Assembly (NCBI GenBank): GCA_051010195.1
Contig: JBPCVV010000118.1
Location: forward strand, 550-64,549
Length of the DNA stretch: 64,000 bases
DNA from: Anderseniella sp.
Lineage (GTDB): Bacteria > Pseudomonadota > Alphaproteobacteria > Rhizobiales > Aestuariivirgaceae
Direction of reading: 5' to 3'
The notes beneath the pieces were generated by a model. It did not search any database, had not been told where the DNA came from, and saw only the letters and a program-made list of their open reading frames with translations. A program made the translations under genes and the position numbers. Positions 29,793 through 40,314 of this stretch are shown here, piece by piece. Each line of letters opens with the position of its first letter. The stretch's first letter is position 1.

Positions 29793-31058
29793 TTAAGCGT
29801 CCACGCGGCGGAAAATCAGAGAAGCGTTGGTGCCACCAAAACCAAATGAATTCGACAGAACTGTGTTGATTTCCTTTTTTCGGGCAGTGTGCGGCACTAG
29901 GTCAATCGGAGTTTCCACGGACGGGTTGTCCAGATTGAGTGTTGGCGGCGCCGTGTTGTCGCGCATGGCAAGGATGCTGAAGATGGCTTCAATTGCCCCA
30001 GCTGCACCCAGCAAATGACCTGTCGCCGACTTGGTTGACGACATGCACAACTTGTCCGCCTGGTTGCCCAGGAGGCGTTCCACCGCCTTCAGTTCGATCT
30101 CGTCTCCCATCGGTGTCGAGGTCCCGTGAGCATTTACATAATCGAGGTCGGAGGCGGAAATTCCTGCCCGCTTCAATGCAGCGGTCATGCAACGAAATGC
30201 GCCGTCGCCGTCTGCTGCAGGGGCTGTAATGTGAAAAGCATCACCGGACATGCCGTAGCCCACAACCTCGGCATAGATTGTTGCTCCGCGGGCTTTTGCA
30301 TGCTCGTACTCTTCAAGCACCACCACGCCAGCGCCTTCGCCCATGACAAAACCATCCCGGTCCTGGTCGTAGGGGCGCGACGCCTTTTGCGGTGTGTCGT
30401 TGAAATGGGTTGAGAGTGCCTTGCAGGCCTGGAAGCCGGCATAACCGATGCGGCTGATGGCTGCCTCTGCACCACCTGCAATCATCACATCGGCATCATC
30501 GAGCGCCACGATCCGCGCGGCATCGCCAATGGCATGGGCACCCGTCGAACACGCCGTGACAACCGAATGATTCGGGCCCTTGAACCCGAACTCGATGGAC
30601 ACCATGCCAGATACCAGGTTGATCAGAGAGCCGGGAATAAAGAACGGGCTGACCCGGCGCGGGCCTTTCTCGGCCAGCAGGTGGGTCGTCGCTTCGATGG
30701 ATGGCAGGCCGCCGATACCGGACCCGATCAACACGCCGGTACGCCAGTGGTCCTCGTCGGTTTTCGGTTCCCAGCCGGAATTTCGAACCGCCATCTTGGC
30801 GGCTGAATAGCCGTACTTGATAAACGTGTCGAAGCGGCGCTGTTCCTTCGGATCCATCCAGTCGTCACAATTGAAGGTGCCGTTGCTGCCGTCGCCGGTT
30901 TTCACTTCGCAGCCGACCTGACAGGCCATGTCAGACACGTCCATGCGGGTCACACGGGTCGCGCCCGACTTCCCGGCAATAAGGTTGCTCCAACTATCGT
31001 CTGCATTGGCGCCAACCGGCGATACCATGCCAATACCTGTGACTACGACTCTGCGCAT
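29793..31058 (-). CDS. fabF: Beta-ketoacyl-ACP synthase II
   Basis: MRRVVVTGIG start at 31058; VTACSTG, NAHGTST, KSATGHLLGAAG, NSFGFGGTN. Confidence 0.96.
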   Translation of the reverse strand: MRRVVVTGIGMVSPVGANADDSWSNLIAGKSGATRVTRMDVSDMACQVGCEVKTGDGSNGTFNCDDWMDPKEQRRFDTFIKYGYSAAKMAVRNSGWEPKTDEDHWRTGVLIGSGIGGLPSIEATTHLLAEKGPRRVSPFFIPGSLINLVSGMVSIEFGFKGPNHSVVTACSTGAHAIGDAARIVALDDADVMIAGGAEAAISRIGYAGFQACKALSTHFNDTPQKASRPYDQDRDGFVMGEGAGVVVLEEYEHAKARGATIYAEVVGYGMSGDAFHITAPAADGDGAFRCMTAALKRAGISASDLDYVNAHGTSTPMGDEIELKAVERLLGNQADKLCMSSTKSATGHLLGAAGAIEAIFSILAMRDNTAPPTLNLDNPSVETPIDLVPHTARKKEINTVLSNSFGFGGTNASLIFRRVDA

Positions 31059-31222
31059 GAAAACACTCCCCGGATCAGGACAACCGCTTTTTATCCGCCC
31101 GCAACAAATGCCTGCGTTCGGCATTCAACAAATACGGCGGCAGTGTTGTGCACTGCCACCGTACTCAAACCCGTAACTGAAGCTGTGTACCGCTTGCCGG
31201 CACACGGTAAGGCCTGACCGGA

Positions 31223-31459
31223 TCAGGCCGCATTCTTTTCGATGAATCCAACCGCATCACCAACGGTCTGGATGGTTTCAGCTGCATCGTCGGGAATTTC
31301 GATCCCGAACTCTTCTTCGAACGCCATTACCAACTCAACGGTATCAAGGCTGTCTGCGCCGAGATCGTCGATAAAGCTGGCCTCTTTTGCCACTTTGTCA
31401 GCGTCCACGCCGAGGTGCTCAACGACAATCTTTTTGACCCGATCAGCAACATCACTCAT
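31223..31459 (-). CDS. acpP: Acyl carrier protein
   Basis: [20 protein letters not shown]. Confidence 0.97.
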   Translation of the reverse strand: MSDVADRVKKIVVEHLGVDADKVAKEASFIDDLGADSLDTVELVMAFEEEFGIEIPDDAAETIQTVGDAVGFIEKNAA

Positions 31460-31691
31460 TTCAATATAACCCTCGTTAAGTTGATCCGGCGTCCGAGATT
31501 GCCCACACCCTGCGGGAACCGAATCCGGTTCAGTAAAATTTCCAGTGGGTAAGCCTTTGTTTATACCGGATTTTCAGCCCGACAGGCTGAGCATTCCCAC
31601 ATCTACACCGCGCCTATTATCACACATTTACCCGCTACTCCAAGCCCGAAAACCGAAACAATGCGAGGTTGTGGACGAGGCAAGTGGCGGA

Positions 31692-32429
31692 TCACAACAT
31701 GACCATGCCGCCATTGATATGCAAGGTCTGGCCCGTGACATAAGCTGCTTCCTCACTGGCCAGGTAAACCGCTCCAGCGGCAATTTCGTCCGTATGCCCC
31801 AAACGTCCCGCGGGGACGGAAGCCAGAATGGCCTCTTTCTGCTTGTCGTTGAGTTCGTCGGTCATGGCAGTTTCAATAAACCCCGGGGCGATACAGTTCA
31901 CCGTGATGTTGCGAGAGGCAAGCTCCTGGGCGAGGGATTTGGACATGCCGATCATACCCGCCTTGGACGCGGCATAGTTGGCCTGGCCAGCATTTCCGGT
32001 CACGCCGACAACGGAGGTTATGTTAATCACCCTGCCCCAGCGCTGTTTCATCATGGTGCGCATGCAGTTTTTTGTCAGCGTAAACGCCGCGGTCAGATTG
32101 ACGTCCAATACCGCCTGCCAGTCTTCCCGCTTCATGCGCATGGCCAGGTTGTCCCTGGTGATGCCGGCATTGTTGACCAGGATGTCGAGGCCGCCCATGG
32201 CATCCTCTGCGGCCGGGATCAGCTTTTCGACATCATCCGGGTCGGACAGGTTGCACGTCAGCGCATGGGCGCGGTCGGCCAGGCTTTCCTTCACCTCGTC
32301 CAGAACCACCGCCCGGGTACCGGACAGGGCGACCGTTGCACCATTGGTATGCAATGTCCTGGCAATCGCTGCTCCGATGCCGCCGGTGGCACCGGTAATG
32401 AGGGCTTTCTTGCCGGTTAGGTCAAACAT
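31692..32429 (-). CDS. fabG: 3-oxoacyl-ACP reductase
   Basis: MFDLTGKKALITGATGGIG, NNAGITRD, YAASKAG; fab synteny. Confidence 0.96.
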   Translation of the reverse strand: MFDLTGKKALITGATGGIGAAIARTLHTNGATVALSGTRAVVLDEVKESLADRAHALTCNLSDPDDVEKLIPAAEDAMGGLDILVNNAGITRDNLAMRMKREDWQAVLDVNLTAAFTLTKNCMRTMMKQRWGRVINITSVVGVTGNAGQANYAASKAGMIGMSKSLAQELASRNITVNCIAPGFIETAMTDELNDKQKEAILASVPAGRLGHTDEIAAGAVYLASEEAAYVTGQTLHINGGMVML

Positions 32430-32464
32430 GTTCTTCTCTCCTGGTTGTGCGGCAAACGAGGTGG

Positions 32465-33412
32465 CTAGGCCTTCAGGCTTTGTGCAGCAGCCTCGATGTC
32501 CGCAACAGACGCGGTGATCATGCATGTGGCATCAGGCGCCATGCGTTTGGCCATGCCCGTCAACACCTTGCCGGCGCCGACTTCAATAAAGCTTGTAACG
32601 CCGTTGTCGACCATCCACGACACAGATTCACGCCAGCGCACGGTTCCGGTCACCTGGGCGACCAGATTGTCACGGATCTGACCCGCGTCACTGACCGCAC
32701 CGGCGACCACGTTGGCCACCAGCGGCACTGACGGTGCGCTCATACCAACCTGCGAAAGAGCACCGGTCATGACGTCGGCGGCAGGCTGCATCAGCGAACA
32801 GTGAAACGGTGCAGACACCGGCAGCAGCATGGCGCGCCTGGCACCGTGCTGCTTGGCAATATCGACAGCGCGCTCAACGGCGGCCTTTGAACCGGATACA
32901 ACAACCTGTCCTGGCGCATTGTCGTTGGCCGCCTGGCAGACCTCGCCCTGGGCGGCTTCCTCGGCCACCTTCATCGCGGCTTCAAAATCCAGGCCCAGGA
33001 GGGCAGCCATGGCACCGGTGCCGACCGGCGTGGCTGCCTGCATGGCTTCCCCACGGGTGCGCAGCAGCCGGGCGGTATCGGCCAGTGAAAACGTTCCCGC
33101 CGCGGCCAGTGCCGAGTATTCACCCAGCGAATGTCCTGCCACATACCCGGCCGTACCGGCGACGGTGATGCCGAAGTCCTGTTCCAGGACAGCCGTGACA
33201 GCCAACGAAACGGCCATCAGGGCCGGCTGGGCATTCTGGGTCAGAGTAAGGGTATCTGCAGGACCTTCCCACATGACTGCCGACAGCTTTTCGCCGAGCG
33301 CATCGTCAACTTCGTCAAACACCGCACGGGCAGAAGCAAACGCTTCGGCAAGCTCCTTGCCCATGCCGACGGCCTGCGAGCCCTGGCCCGGAAATGTAAA
33401 TGCAACTGTCAC
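32465..33412 (-). CDS. fabD: Malonyl-CoA:ACP transacylase
   Basis: FPGQGSQ, AGHSLGEY, VSAPFHC. Confidence 0.96.
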   Translation of the reverse strand: MTVAFTFPGQGSQAVGMGKELAEAFASARAVFDEVDDALGEKLSAVMWEGPADTLTLTQNAQPALMAVSLAVTAVLEQDFGITVAGTAGYVAGHSLGEYSALAAAGTFSLADTARLLRTRGEAMQAATPVGTGAMAALLGLDFEAAMKVAEEAAQGEVCQAANDNAPGQVVVSGSKAAVERAVDIAKQHGARRAMLLPVSAPFHCSLMQPAADVMTGALSQVGMSAPSVPLVANVVAGAVSDAGQIRDNLVAQVTGTVRWRESVSWMVDNGVTSFIEVGAGKVLTGMAKRMAPDATCMITASVADIEAAAQSLKA

Positions 33413-33541
33413 GTCAGCGGTCTCCAGTCAGTGAAAATCATGAACAAGATGTAGCGGGCTTGCAGCATGGGCAGACATGTATTGTCAAGAAGTCTGGCTT
33501 GTGCCAGCGTCCCGGCTCAACTTCTGCAGCAGACGAGCCTC

Positions 33542-34507
33542 ATGTTCACAGCCGACGAAATTGCCGATGCCCGCTCCATCATCCACGAAGCGATGCCGCC
33601 GACACCGCAATATGCCTGGCCCCTGCTGCAGGCCGAACTGGGTATCGAAACCTGGGTCAAGCATGAAAACCACACGCCAACCGGAGCCTTCAAGGTGCGT
33701 GGCGGCCTGGTGCACATGCGCAAACGCACCGAGCGAGGCGAAACCAACGGCGTGATCACCGCAACACGGGGTAATCACGGCCAGTCAATTCCCTATGCGG
33801 CTGCCCGCAACGGCGTGACGGCCACCATCGTGGTTCCGCACGGCAATTCGGTTGAAAAGAATGCCGCGATCAGGGCACTGGGAGCGGAGTTGGTTGAAAC
33901 GGGTGCCGATTTTGATGAAGCCCGGGTGACCTGCATGCAGATGGCGGCAGATCGTGGGTTGGACATGGTGGCCTCGTTTCACCGCGAACTGGTGCTGGGG
34001 GTTTCAACCTATGCGCATGAACTGTTCGAGGCAGCCGATGAGCTGGACGCCATATATGTGCCAATCGGTATGGGATCGGGATGCTGCGGCGTTATATCAG
34101 CCCGTGATCATCTGGGCCTCAAGACCAAGGTGATTGCGGTTGTCTCCGAAAATGCCAATTGCTACAAACTTTCGGTCGAGGCCGGCCGGGCGGTTGAAAC
34201 CAACTCGGCGGCCACCTTCGCCGACGGCATGGCAGTCAGGGTACCGCATCCCGATGCGCTGGAGATCATTTCGAAGGGCGTGGAAGAAATTGTCGAGGTG
34301 TCGGATGACCAGGTGGCCGATGCGATCCGGCTGTATTACCGCGCCACACACAATGTCGCGGAAGGCGCGGGGGCCGCACCGCTCGCCGGCCTGATGGCAC
34401 AACGCGACAGGATGGCCGGCAAACGGGTCGGCATCATATTGTGCGGCGGTAATATAGATACTGCAAAGATGGCGACCGTGCTTGATGGCAGGACACCGCT
34501 CCCCTAG
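33542..34507 (+). CDS. Threonine/serine dehydratase-like PLP enzyme (no regulatory domain)
   Basis: KHENHTPTGAFKVRGG PLP-lysine motif, TRGNHGQS, VPIGMGSG, LCGGNID. Confidence 0.87.
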   Translation: MFTADEIADARSIIHEAMPPTPQYAWPLLQAELGIETWVKHENHTPTGAFKVRGGLVHMRKRTERGETNGVITATRGNHGQSIPYAAARNGVTATIVVPHGNSVEKNAAIRALGAELVETGADFDEARVTCMQMAADRGLDMVASFHRELVLGVSTYAHELFEAADELDAIYVPIGMGSGCCGVISARDHLGLKTKVIAVVSENANCYKLSVEAGRAVETNSAATFADGMAVRVPHPDALEIISKGVEEIVEVSDDQVADAIRLYYRATHNVAEGAGAAPLAGLMAQRDRMAGKRVGIILCGGNIDTAKMATVLDGRTPLP

Positions 34508-34529
34508 AAAATTTCTCTACTGATTGACC

Positions 34530-34557
34530 TTGCAAACTGGACAAATTGACGTATAAA
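34530..34557 (+). promoter_or_regulatory. Candidate sigma70 promoter for the rpsF operon
   Basis: TTGCAA-N16-TATAAA followed by GC-rich GCGCCC, about 215 nt before the rpsF ATG. Confidence 0.5.
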
Positions 34558-34563
34558 GCGCCC

Positions 34564-34740
34564 GTTCTTGAGCGGTTTTCCGGTCGGGGGCTGAACGGAA
34601 GGTCATGTTCGTTACCTGAGCATGACAGGGTTTGAAAGCCCGGCTTCCCGTGTCCCTGCTCTTTCGAGGAACCGGTGTCTCGAGCCTTTCTTTCCGATGG
34701 GCTCGGGGGAGGCTATGCGCCGGAAAACAAGTTTGAGAAC
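34564..34740 (+). ncRNA. Structured 5' leader RNA of rpsF (candidate S6:S18 autoregulatory element)
   Basis: Enclosing helices 34564-73/34731-40 and 34575-84/34719-28; internal hairpins 34602-10/34618-26, 34628-32/34637-41 and 34681-87/34699-705. Confidence 0.55.
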
Positions 34741-34772
34741 AAGACTTTGGATCAAACAGAAAGGCTGAATTC

Positions 34773-35192
34773 ATGCCATTGTATGAGCATGTGTTCATGG
34801 CGCGTCAGGACATTTCCACCGCGCAGATGGATGCACTTACAGACCAGTTCAAAACCGTAATCACCGATAATGGCGGTTCAATCGGGCGCTCTGAATATTG
34901 GGGCCTGAAACCACTCACCTACCGTATTCGCAAGAATCGCAAGGCCCATTACGCGCTGATGAACCTCGACGCGCCGGCACCCGCGGTTGCTGAAATGGAA
35001 CGCCAGATGGGTCTCAATGAAGACGTCATCCGGTTCATGACAATCCGTGTTGAAGAACACGATGACGAGCCCTCCGTCCAGATGCGTACCGGCCGCGAGC
35101 GCAGCGACCGTCCAGGCGACCGCGGTGACAGGGGTCCGCGGCCTCCGCGTCCGCCCCGTGAAGACGCCTCCAGCTCAAAAGGAGACAGCTGA
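34773..35192 (+). CDS. rpsF: 30S ribosomal protein S6
   Basis: [32 protein letters not shown]. Confidence 0.97.
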   Translation: MPLYEHVFMARQDISTAQMDALTDQFKTVITDNGGSIGRSEYWGLKPLTYRIRKNRKAHYALMNLDAPAPAVAEMERQMGLNEDVIRFMTIRVEEHDDEPSVQMRTGRERSDRPGDRGDRGPRPPRPPREDASSSKGDS

Positions 35193-35425
35193 TGTCAGGT
35201 GCACGCAGACCATTCTTCCGCCGTCGCAAGAGTTGCCCTTTCACGGGCGATAACGCGCCGAAGATCGACTACAAGGACTCACGCCTGCTGTCGCGTTACA
35301 TATCCGAGCGTGGCAAGATCGTACCAAGCCGCATTACCGCGGTTTCGGCAAAGAAGCAGCGCGAACTGGCCAAGGCCATCAAGCGTGCGCGTTTCCTGGG
35401 CCTGCTGCCCTACGTCGTGAAGTAA
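35192..35425 (+). CDS. rpsR: 30S ribosomal protein S18
   Basis: [29 protein letters not shown]. Confidence 0.97.
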   Translation: MSGARRPFFRRRKSCPFTGDNAPKIDYKDSRLLSRYISERGKIVPSRITAVSAKKQRELAKAIKRARFLGLLPYVVK

Positions 35426-35542
35426 CACAAGGTGTTTCCCTGGTCAGGCAATTCAGCCTGGTCAGGGCTTATCGGTATTAACCGGTTGGGGCAGGCCTTT
35501 TTGAACTGCCTCTAACCCATCGCAAGATGCGGGACAGCCCAG

Positions 35543-36508
35543 ATGATGAACAACTGGATCATAGTCGGCATTATTGCCGGATTGACGGCAGGCTTGCTGC
35601 AGGCAGGCGGCGCCTCGGGCAATGCGGTTGGCCTGGTCATGATCTATCTGGCCTCTTTTCCACTTTTTGTGGCAGGTCTGGGCTGGGGTGCCATCACCGC
35701 GGCACTCGGCGCCTTTGTCATGATTGTCGGCTACCTGATCGGCTTCGGCTGGAAGGCGGCGTTTTTCGTGGCACTGAGCGCCGGCATCGCGCCGGTGGCG
35801 CTGAGTCATCTGGCGCTGCAAAACCGGCCCGCCTCGGTCGCCCCGTCTGATGAAGGCGAAGTTTCCGACACCGACACCGCCTGGTATCCGGAAGGACGTC
35901 TGGTGGTATGGACCGCCATCGCCAGCGCCGTTCTGAGCGTGTTTGTCATTCTTGCCATGGGACCCGATGTGGATACGTTCCGCAGCGAGGCGGGAAAAAT
36001 CCTGCAGCCGCTTTTCGATGAAATGGCCAAGCAGCCGAATGCCCCACCAAGCGACCAGGTTGAACAGATCCGGTCATTTTTCGTCGTGGTGCTGCCTGCC
36101 GCGCTGAGCATTGTCTGGTGCATATCGACCATGGTGAACATGTATCTCGCCGGCGCTGTGCTGCGCAGGGCCGGCGCGGGGTTGCGGCCCTGGGCGCCGT
36201 TTGGCCAGATGGCGTTTCCGCGCTGGGCGATCTGGTTACTGTCGGCTTCGGCTGTGGCAACCTTCCTGCCTGGCACGCTGGGTGCAATCGCCTGGGTGTT
36301 TACCGCAGCCCTGATGCTGGCCTACGCAATCCTGGGTCTCGCCGTGATGCACGGCCTGCTGGAAAACCATCCGATGCGTGGCTTTTTGCTCGGTCTGTTC
36401 TACCTGTCCATGCTGTTTTTATCGGCCATCGCGATCGTCCCGTTGATCATGCTCGGCATGTTCGACCAGGGTTTCAACATCCGCAAACGAAACAAACCGC
36501 CCGAATGA
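35543..36508 (+). CDS. DUF2232/YybS-like membrane protein
   Basis: Multi-TM protein in the typical position between rpsR and rplI. Confidence 0.75.
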   Translation: MMNNWIIVGIIAGLTAGLLQAGGASGNAVGLVMIYLASFPLFVAGLGWGAITAALGAFVMIVGYLIGFGWKAAFFVALSAGIAPVALSHLALQNRPASVAPSDEGEVSDTDTAWYPEGRLVVWTAIASAVLSVFVILAMGPDVDTFRSEAGKILQPLFDEMAKQPNAPPSDQVEQIRSFFVVVLPAALSIVWCISTMVNMYLAGAVLRRAGAGLRPWAPFGQMAFPRWAIWLLSASAVATFLPGTLGAIAWVFTAALMLAYAILGLAVMHGLLENHPMRGFLLGLFYLSMLFLSAIAIVPLIMLGMFDQGFNIRKRNKPPE

Positions 36509-36567
36509 GGCAGTTACCCGTCAAGTCCAACAACGAAATCACAGAACCAATCAAGGAGTAACACATC

Positions 36568-37233
36568 ATGCAAGTCATTCTGCTGGAAAGGGTCGAAAAG
36601 CTCGGCGCCATGGGAGATACAGTCCGCGTCAAGGACGGCTATGCCCGCAATTTCCTGTTGCCGCGCGGCAAGGCACTGCGGGCGTCGGAAAAAAATATGG
36701 AGAAATTCGAAGCCCAGCGCGCAGATCTTGAAGCCAAGAATGCAGCAGCGGTTGAAGCCGCAAAGACAGATTCCGAAAAGCTCGATGGCGCAAGCTACGT
36801 GCTGATCCGCCAGGCCGGCGAGTCAGGCCAGCTGTATGGGTCGGTCTCCACCCGCGATATCGCAGCGGCAGCCAGCGAAACCGGTATCAACGTGACCCGC
36901 AATCACGTTGTGTTGCCTGATCCGATCAAGACCATCGGCATTTACGAAGTCCGCATTGCGCTGCACGGCGAGGTATCCTCGACTGTACAGATCAACGTCG
37001 CCCGCACCCAGGATGAAGCTGAGGCCCAGGCGCGCGGTGAAGACCTGACCGGTAATGCAGACGAGCGCGATGAAATCCGCCGCGCTGCCGAGGAACTATT
37101 CGAGCAGGCAGAAGCAGACGCTGCGGCGGAAGAAGGTGATGACGACGCTGCCGAAGGCACAGCGGAAGAAGACGCCACAACAGAAGAGTCTGCAGAAGCT
37201 GAAGAAGCTGAAGCAGAAAAAACCGCCGGCTGA
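36568..37233 (+). CDS. rplI: 50S ribosomal protein L9 with an acidic C-terminal tail
   Basis: [32 protein letters not shown]. Confidence 0.97.
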   Translation: MQVILLERVEKLGAMGDTVRVKDGYARNFLLPRGKALRASEKNMEKFEAQRADLEAKNAAAVEAAKTDSEKLDGASYVLIRQAGESGQLYGSVSTRDIAAAASETGINVTRNHVVLPDPIKTIGIYEVRIALHGEVSSTVQINVARTQDEAEAQARGEDLTGNADERDEIRRAAEELFEQAEADAAAEEGDDDAAEGTAEEDATTEESAEAEEAEAEKTAG

Positions 37234-37276
37234 CGGCAGTCCGCCGCACGCGCAAGACGCTGTCAAGCTGACAAAC

Positions 37277-37309
37277 AAGCCGTCTGTGCCCATGCACAGG
37301 CGGCTTTTT
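37277..37309 (+). terminator. Rho-independent terminator after rplI
   Basis: 13-bp stem AAGCCGTCTGTGC/GCACAGGCGGCTT, 4-nt loop, T-run. Confidence 0.8.
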
Positions 37310-37393
37310 ACTGCACCCACAGCTGACCTTAGGGAAATTGACCACGGGCAAAGTGTTTGCCAAAATTACCGATATTGTTGAGATCGGGACGCA

Positions 37394-38734
37394 ATGGATC
37401 GAGGAATCGAACCGATGCAGACTTTGCTCAAACAGATGTTAAGCCATATGGTGCAGCACGGAAACCTGAAGGTTTTCATGCCCGATGGCAGCGAAACTTT
37501 ATTTGGCGATGGAACCGGCAAGCCGACGGGCTTTCGGATCCATGATCAGGCCACGGTATTGCACCTGCTCATAGACCCTGACCTTTATCTGGGAGAGGCC
37601 TATACAAGCGGTCAGCTGACGGTGACCGAAGGCAGCATATATGACGTCCTGAAATTGCTGATGGCCAATCTGGAAACCGCGCAGACGCCGGTACCCGTGC
37701 GCATACCGTATGCCATCCGCAAACGCCTGAAGCGATTGCAGCAGGACAACCGCATCACCCAGGCCCGCAGCAATGTGGCGCATCATTACGACCTGTCGGG
37801 CGACCTTTACGATCTGTTCCTCGACAATGACCGCCAGTATTCGTGCGCCTATTTCGAAAAGACCGGTCAGAGCCTGGAACAGGCACAGCTTTCCAAGAAA
37901 CGCCATCTTGCCGCGAAACTGGTCATCGAACCCGGCATGAAAGTACTCGACATCGGGTCCGGCTGGGGAGGGCTCGGACTTTATCTGGCCAAGGTGACGG
38001 GTGCACAGGTGACAGGGGTCACCCTGTCGGAGGAGCAATTCAAGGTATCCAATGGGCGGGCCAGCAAGGCGGCCCTGGACAATCAGGTCGGCTTTCATCT
38101 GAAAGACTATCGGGAACTGGACGGCAAGTTCGACCGGATTGTTTCCGTAGGCATGTTCGAGCATGTGGGTGTGGCCCATTATGGCGAACTATTCGGCAAG
38201 GTCCGCGAATTGCTGGCACCGGATGGCATATTCGTGCTGCATTCCATCGGGCGGGCCGATGGTCCAGGAGCAACAAGTGCCTGGATACAGAAGTACATTT
38301 TCCCAGGCGGTTACTGCCCTGCCCTGTCGGAGGTCCTGCCTGAGGTCGAAAAAAGCGGCATGTACATGACCGACATCGAGATACTGCGGCTGCACTACGC
38401 CCGGACACTGGCAGAATGGCGCAAACGCTTTGACACACACAGAAAACAAGCCATCGCGCTTTATGACGAGCAGTTCGCCCGCATGTGGGAGTTCTATCTC
38501 GCCTCGTCCGAACTGAGCTTCCGTTATCTCGGCCTGAATAATTTCCAGCTGCAAGCCGCGGACAACCAGCATGCCCTGCCGCTGACCAGGAATTACATAG
38601 CCCGTGAAGAAACCCGTCTGCGGGGAATCGAGGCCAAGGTTTACGACCGGCGCAAGCGGCGGGCTCCGAGAAAACCGGTTGTGAAGGCATCGGCTGCCGA
38701 ATCACGGCATTATCCACAGGTAAGCAAGCAATAG
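37394..38734 (+). CDS. cfa: Cyclopropane-fatty-acyl-phospholipid synthase family methyltransferase
   Basis: HHYDLS, YSCAYF, LDIGSGWGGL, VSVGMFEHVG, KYIFPGG, RMWEFYL. Confidence 0.92.
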   Translation: MDRGIEPMQTLLKQMLSHMVQHGNLKVFMPDGSETLFGDGTGKPTGFRIHDQATVLHLLIDPDLYLGEAYTSGQLTVTEGSIYDVLKLLMANLETAQTPVPVRIPYAIRKRLKRLQQDNRITQARSNVAHHYDLSGDLYDLFLDNDRQYSCAYFEKTGQSLEQAQLSKKRHLAAKLVIEPGMKVLDIGSGWGGLGLYLAKVTGAQVTGVTLSEEQFKVSNGRASKAALDNQVGFHLKDYRELDGKFDRIVSVGMFEHVGVAHYGELFGKVRELLAPDGIFVLHSIGRADGPGATSAWIQKYIFPGGYCPALSEVLPEVEKSGMYMTDIEILRLHYARTLAEWRKRFDTHRKQAIALYDEQFARMWEFYLASSELSFRYLGLNNFQLQAADNQHALPLTRNYIAREETRLRGIEAKVYDRRKRRAPRKPVVKASAAESRHYPQVSKQ

Positions 38735-38801
38735 TGGAAAGGTCGGTGCCACGGCGGATTGGCCCTCGCAGCATCAGGCCGGGCGCGCTATCAACTAGGT
38801 T

Positions 38802-40307
38802 ATGGAATCAGTTCTCAAGATCGATCAGGATGGCAGCGACCAGTCTGACGCCGAAGAATATCGCTCTGCGCCGCATAACCTGGAGGCAGAAATGGCGTTG
38901 CTGGGTGCCATTCTGGTAAACAACGAGGCGTGTGACCGGGTTTCCAACTTTCTGCTGCCGGAACATTTTCAAGAAGGAGTGCATGCGCGCATCTATGAAG
39001 CCGCCGCCACACGCATTCGCAGCGGCCAGCTGGCATCGCCGGTCACGCTGAAATCCTTCTTCGAGCAGGATGAGACCCTGCAGGACATCGGCGGCCCGGC
39101 CTACCTGGCACGGCTGGCGGCATCTGCAACCACCATCATCAATGCGGAAGACTATGGCCGCACCATTTACGAGCTGGCGCAGCGACGCGCGCTGATCGGG
39201 ATTGGCTCGGAGATCGTCAACAACAGTTTCGACACACCGGTGGACAAATCCTCCCGGCAACTGATTGAAGAAGCCGAACAGCAGCTTTACGAGATCGCTG
39301 AGTCGGAAAAATATGGCCAGGGCTTCCAGCCATTCGGCACCGCACTGACAGAAGCCATCGACATGGCTGCGGCCGCTTATCAGCGCGATGGCGGGCTGTC
39401 GGGCATATCGACAGGACTGAAAGACCTTGATGAGAAGCTCGGCGGTTTACAGGCATCCGACCTATTGATACTTGCCGGGCGTCCGGCCATGGGCAAGACG
39501 TCACTTGCCACCAACCTGGCCTACAACGTTGCTGCCGCTTATCAGGCCGAACACAATGCAGACGGCACAATGAATGTGAAAAACGGCGGCATTGTCGCGT
39601 TTTTCTCGCTGGAAATGTCGGGGGAACAGCTCGCCACCCGTATTGTGTCGGAGCAGGCGGAAATCTCGTCTGAACGTATCCGGCGCGGCAAGATCACCCC
39701 TGACGAGTTTGACCGGCTGGTGGAGGCAAGCCAGCGCCTGTCGGCGATGCCACTATACATTGATGCAACCGGCGGCCTGAACATTGCCCAGCTTGCCGCC
39801 CGGGCGCGACGGCTCAAGCGCCAGCGTGGGACGCTGGGCCTGATTGTAGTTGATTACCTGCAACTGCTGGCCGGATCAGCCCGCAGGGCATCGGAAAGCC
39901 GAGTGCAGGAAGTGACTGAAATCACCACGGGGCTCAAGGCGTTGGCCAAGGAACTTAATGTACCTATCCTGGCGCTGTCGCAGCTTTCACGCCAGGTGGA
40001 AAACCGCGATGACAAGCGCCCGCAACTGGCAGACCTGCGGGAATCCGGCTCCATCGAACAGGATGCGGATGTGGTGATGTTCATTTATCGCGAGGAGTAC
40101 TACCTGGGCCGCAGCGAACCAAAGCCCAACACGGACGAGCACCTGCAGTGGCAGGAGCGCATGGACGGTGTTGTCGGCATCGCAGATGTGATTATCGGCA
40201 AACAGCGCCACGGTCCGACCGGCACCGTGTCGCTGCACTTTGATGCGAACCTGACCCGCTTTGAAAATCTGGCGCGTCCCGGTTACGCACCAGATATTCG
40301 CGACTAG
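38802..40307 (+). CDS. dnaB: Replicative DNA helicase (no intein)
   Basis: AGRPAMGKT, FSLEMS, VDYLQL, LSQLSR, DLRESGSIEQDAD, KQRHGPTG. Confidence 0.97.
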   Translation: MESVLKIDQDGSDQSDAEEYRSAPHNLEAEMALLGAILVNNEACDRVSNFLLPEHFQEGVHARIYEAAATRIRSGQLASPVTLKSFFEQDETLQDIGGPAYLARLAASATTIINAEDYGRTIYELAQRRALIGIGSEIVNNSFDTPVDKSSRQLIEEAEQQLYEIAESEKYGQGFQPFGTALTEAIDMAAAAYQRDGGLSGISTGLKDLDEKLGGLQASDLLILAGRPAMGKTSLATNLAYNVAAAYQAEHNADGTMNVKNGGIVAFFSLEMSGEQLATRIVSEQAEISSERIRRGKITPDEFDRLVEASQRLSAMPLYIDATGGLNIAQLAARARRLKRQRGTLGLIVVDYLQLLAGSARRASESRVQEVTEITTGLKALAKELNVPILALSQLSRQVENRDDKRPQLADLRESGSIEQDADVVMFIYREEYYLGRSEPKPNTDEHLQWQERMDGVVGIADVIIGKQRHGPTGTVSLHFDANLTRFENLARPGYAPDIRD

Positions 40308-40314
40308 TTTCCTG

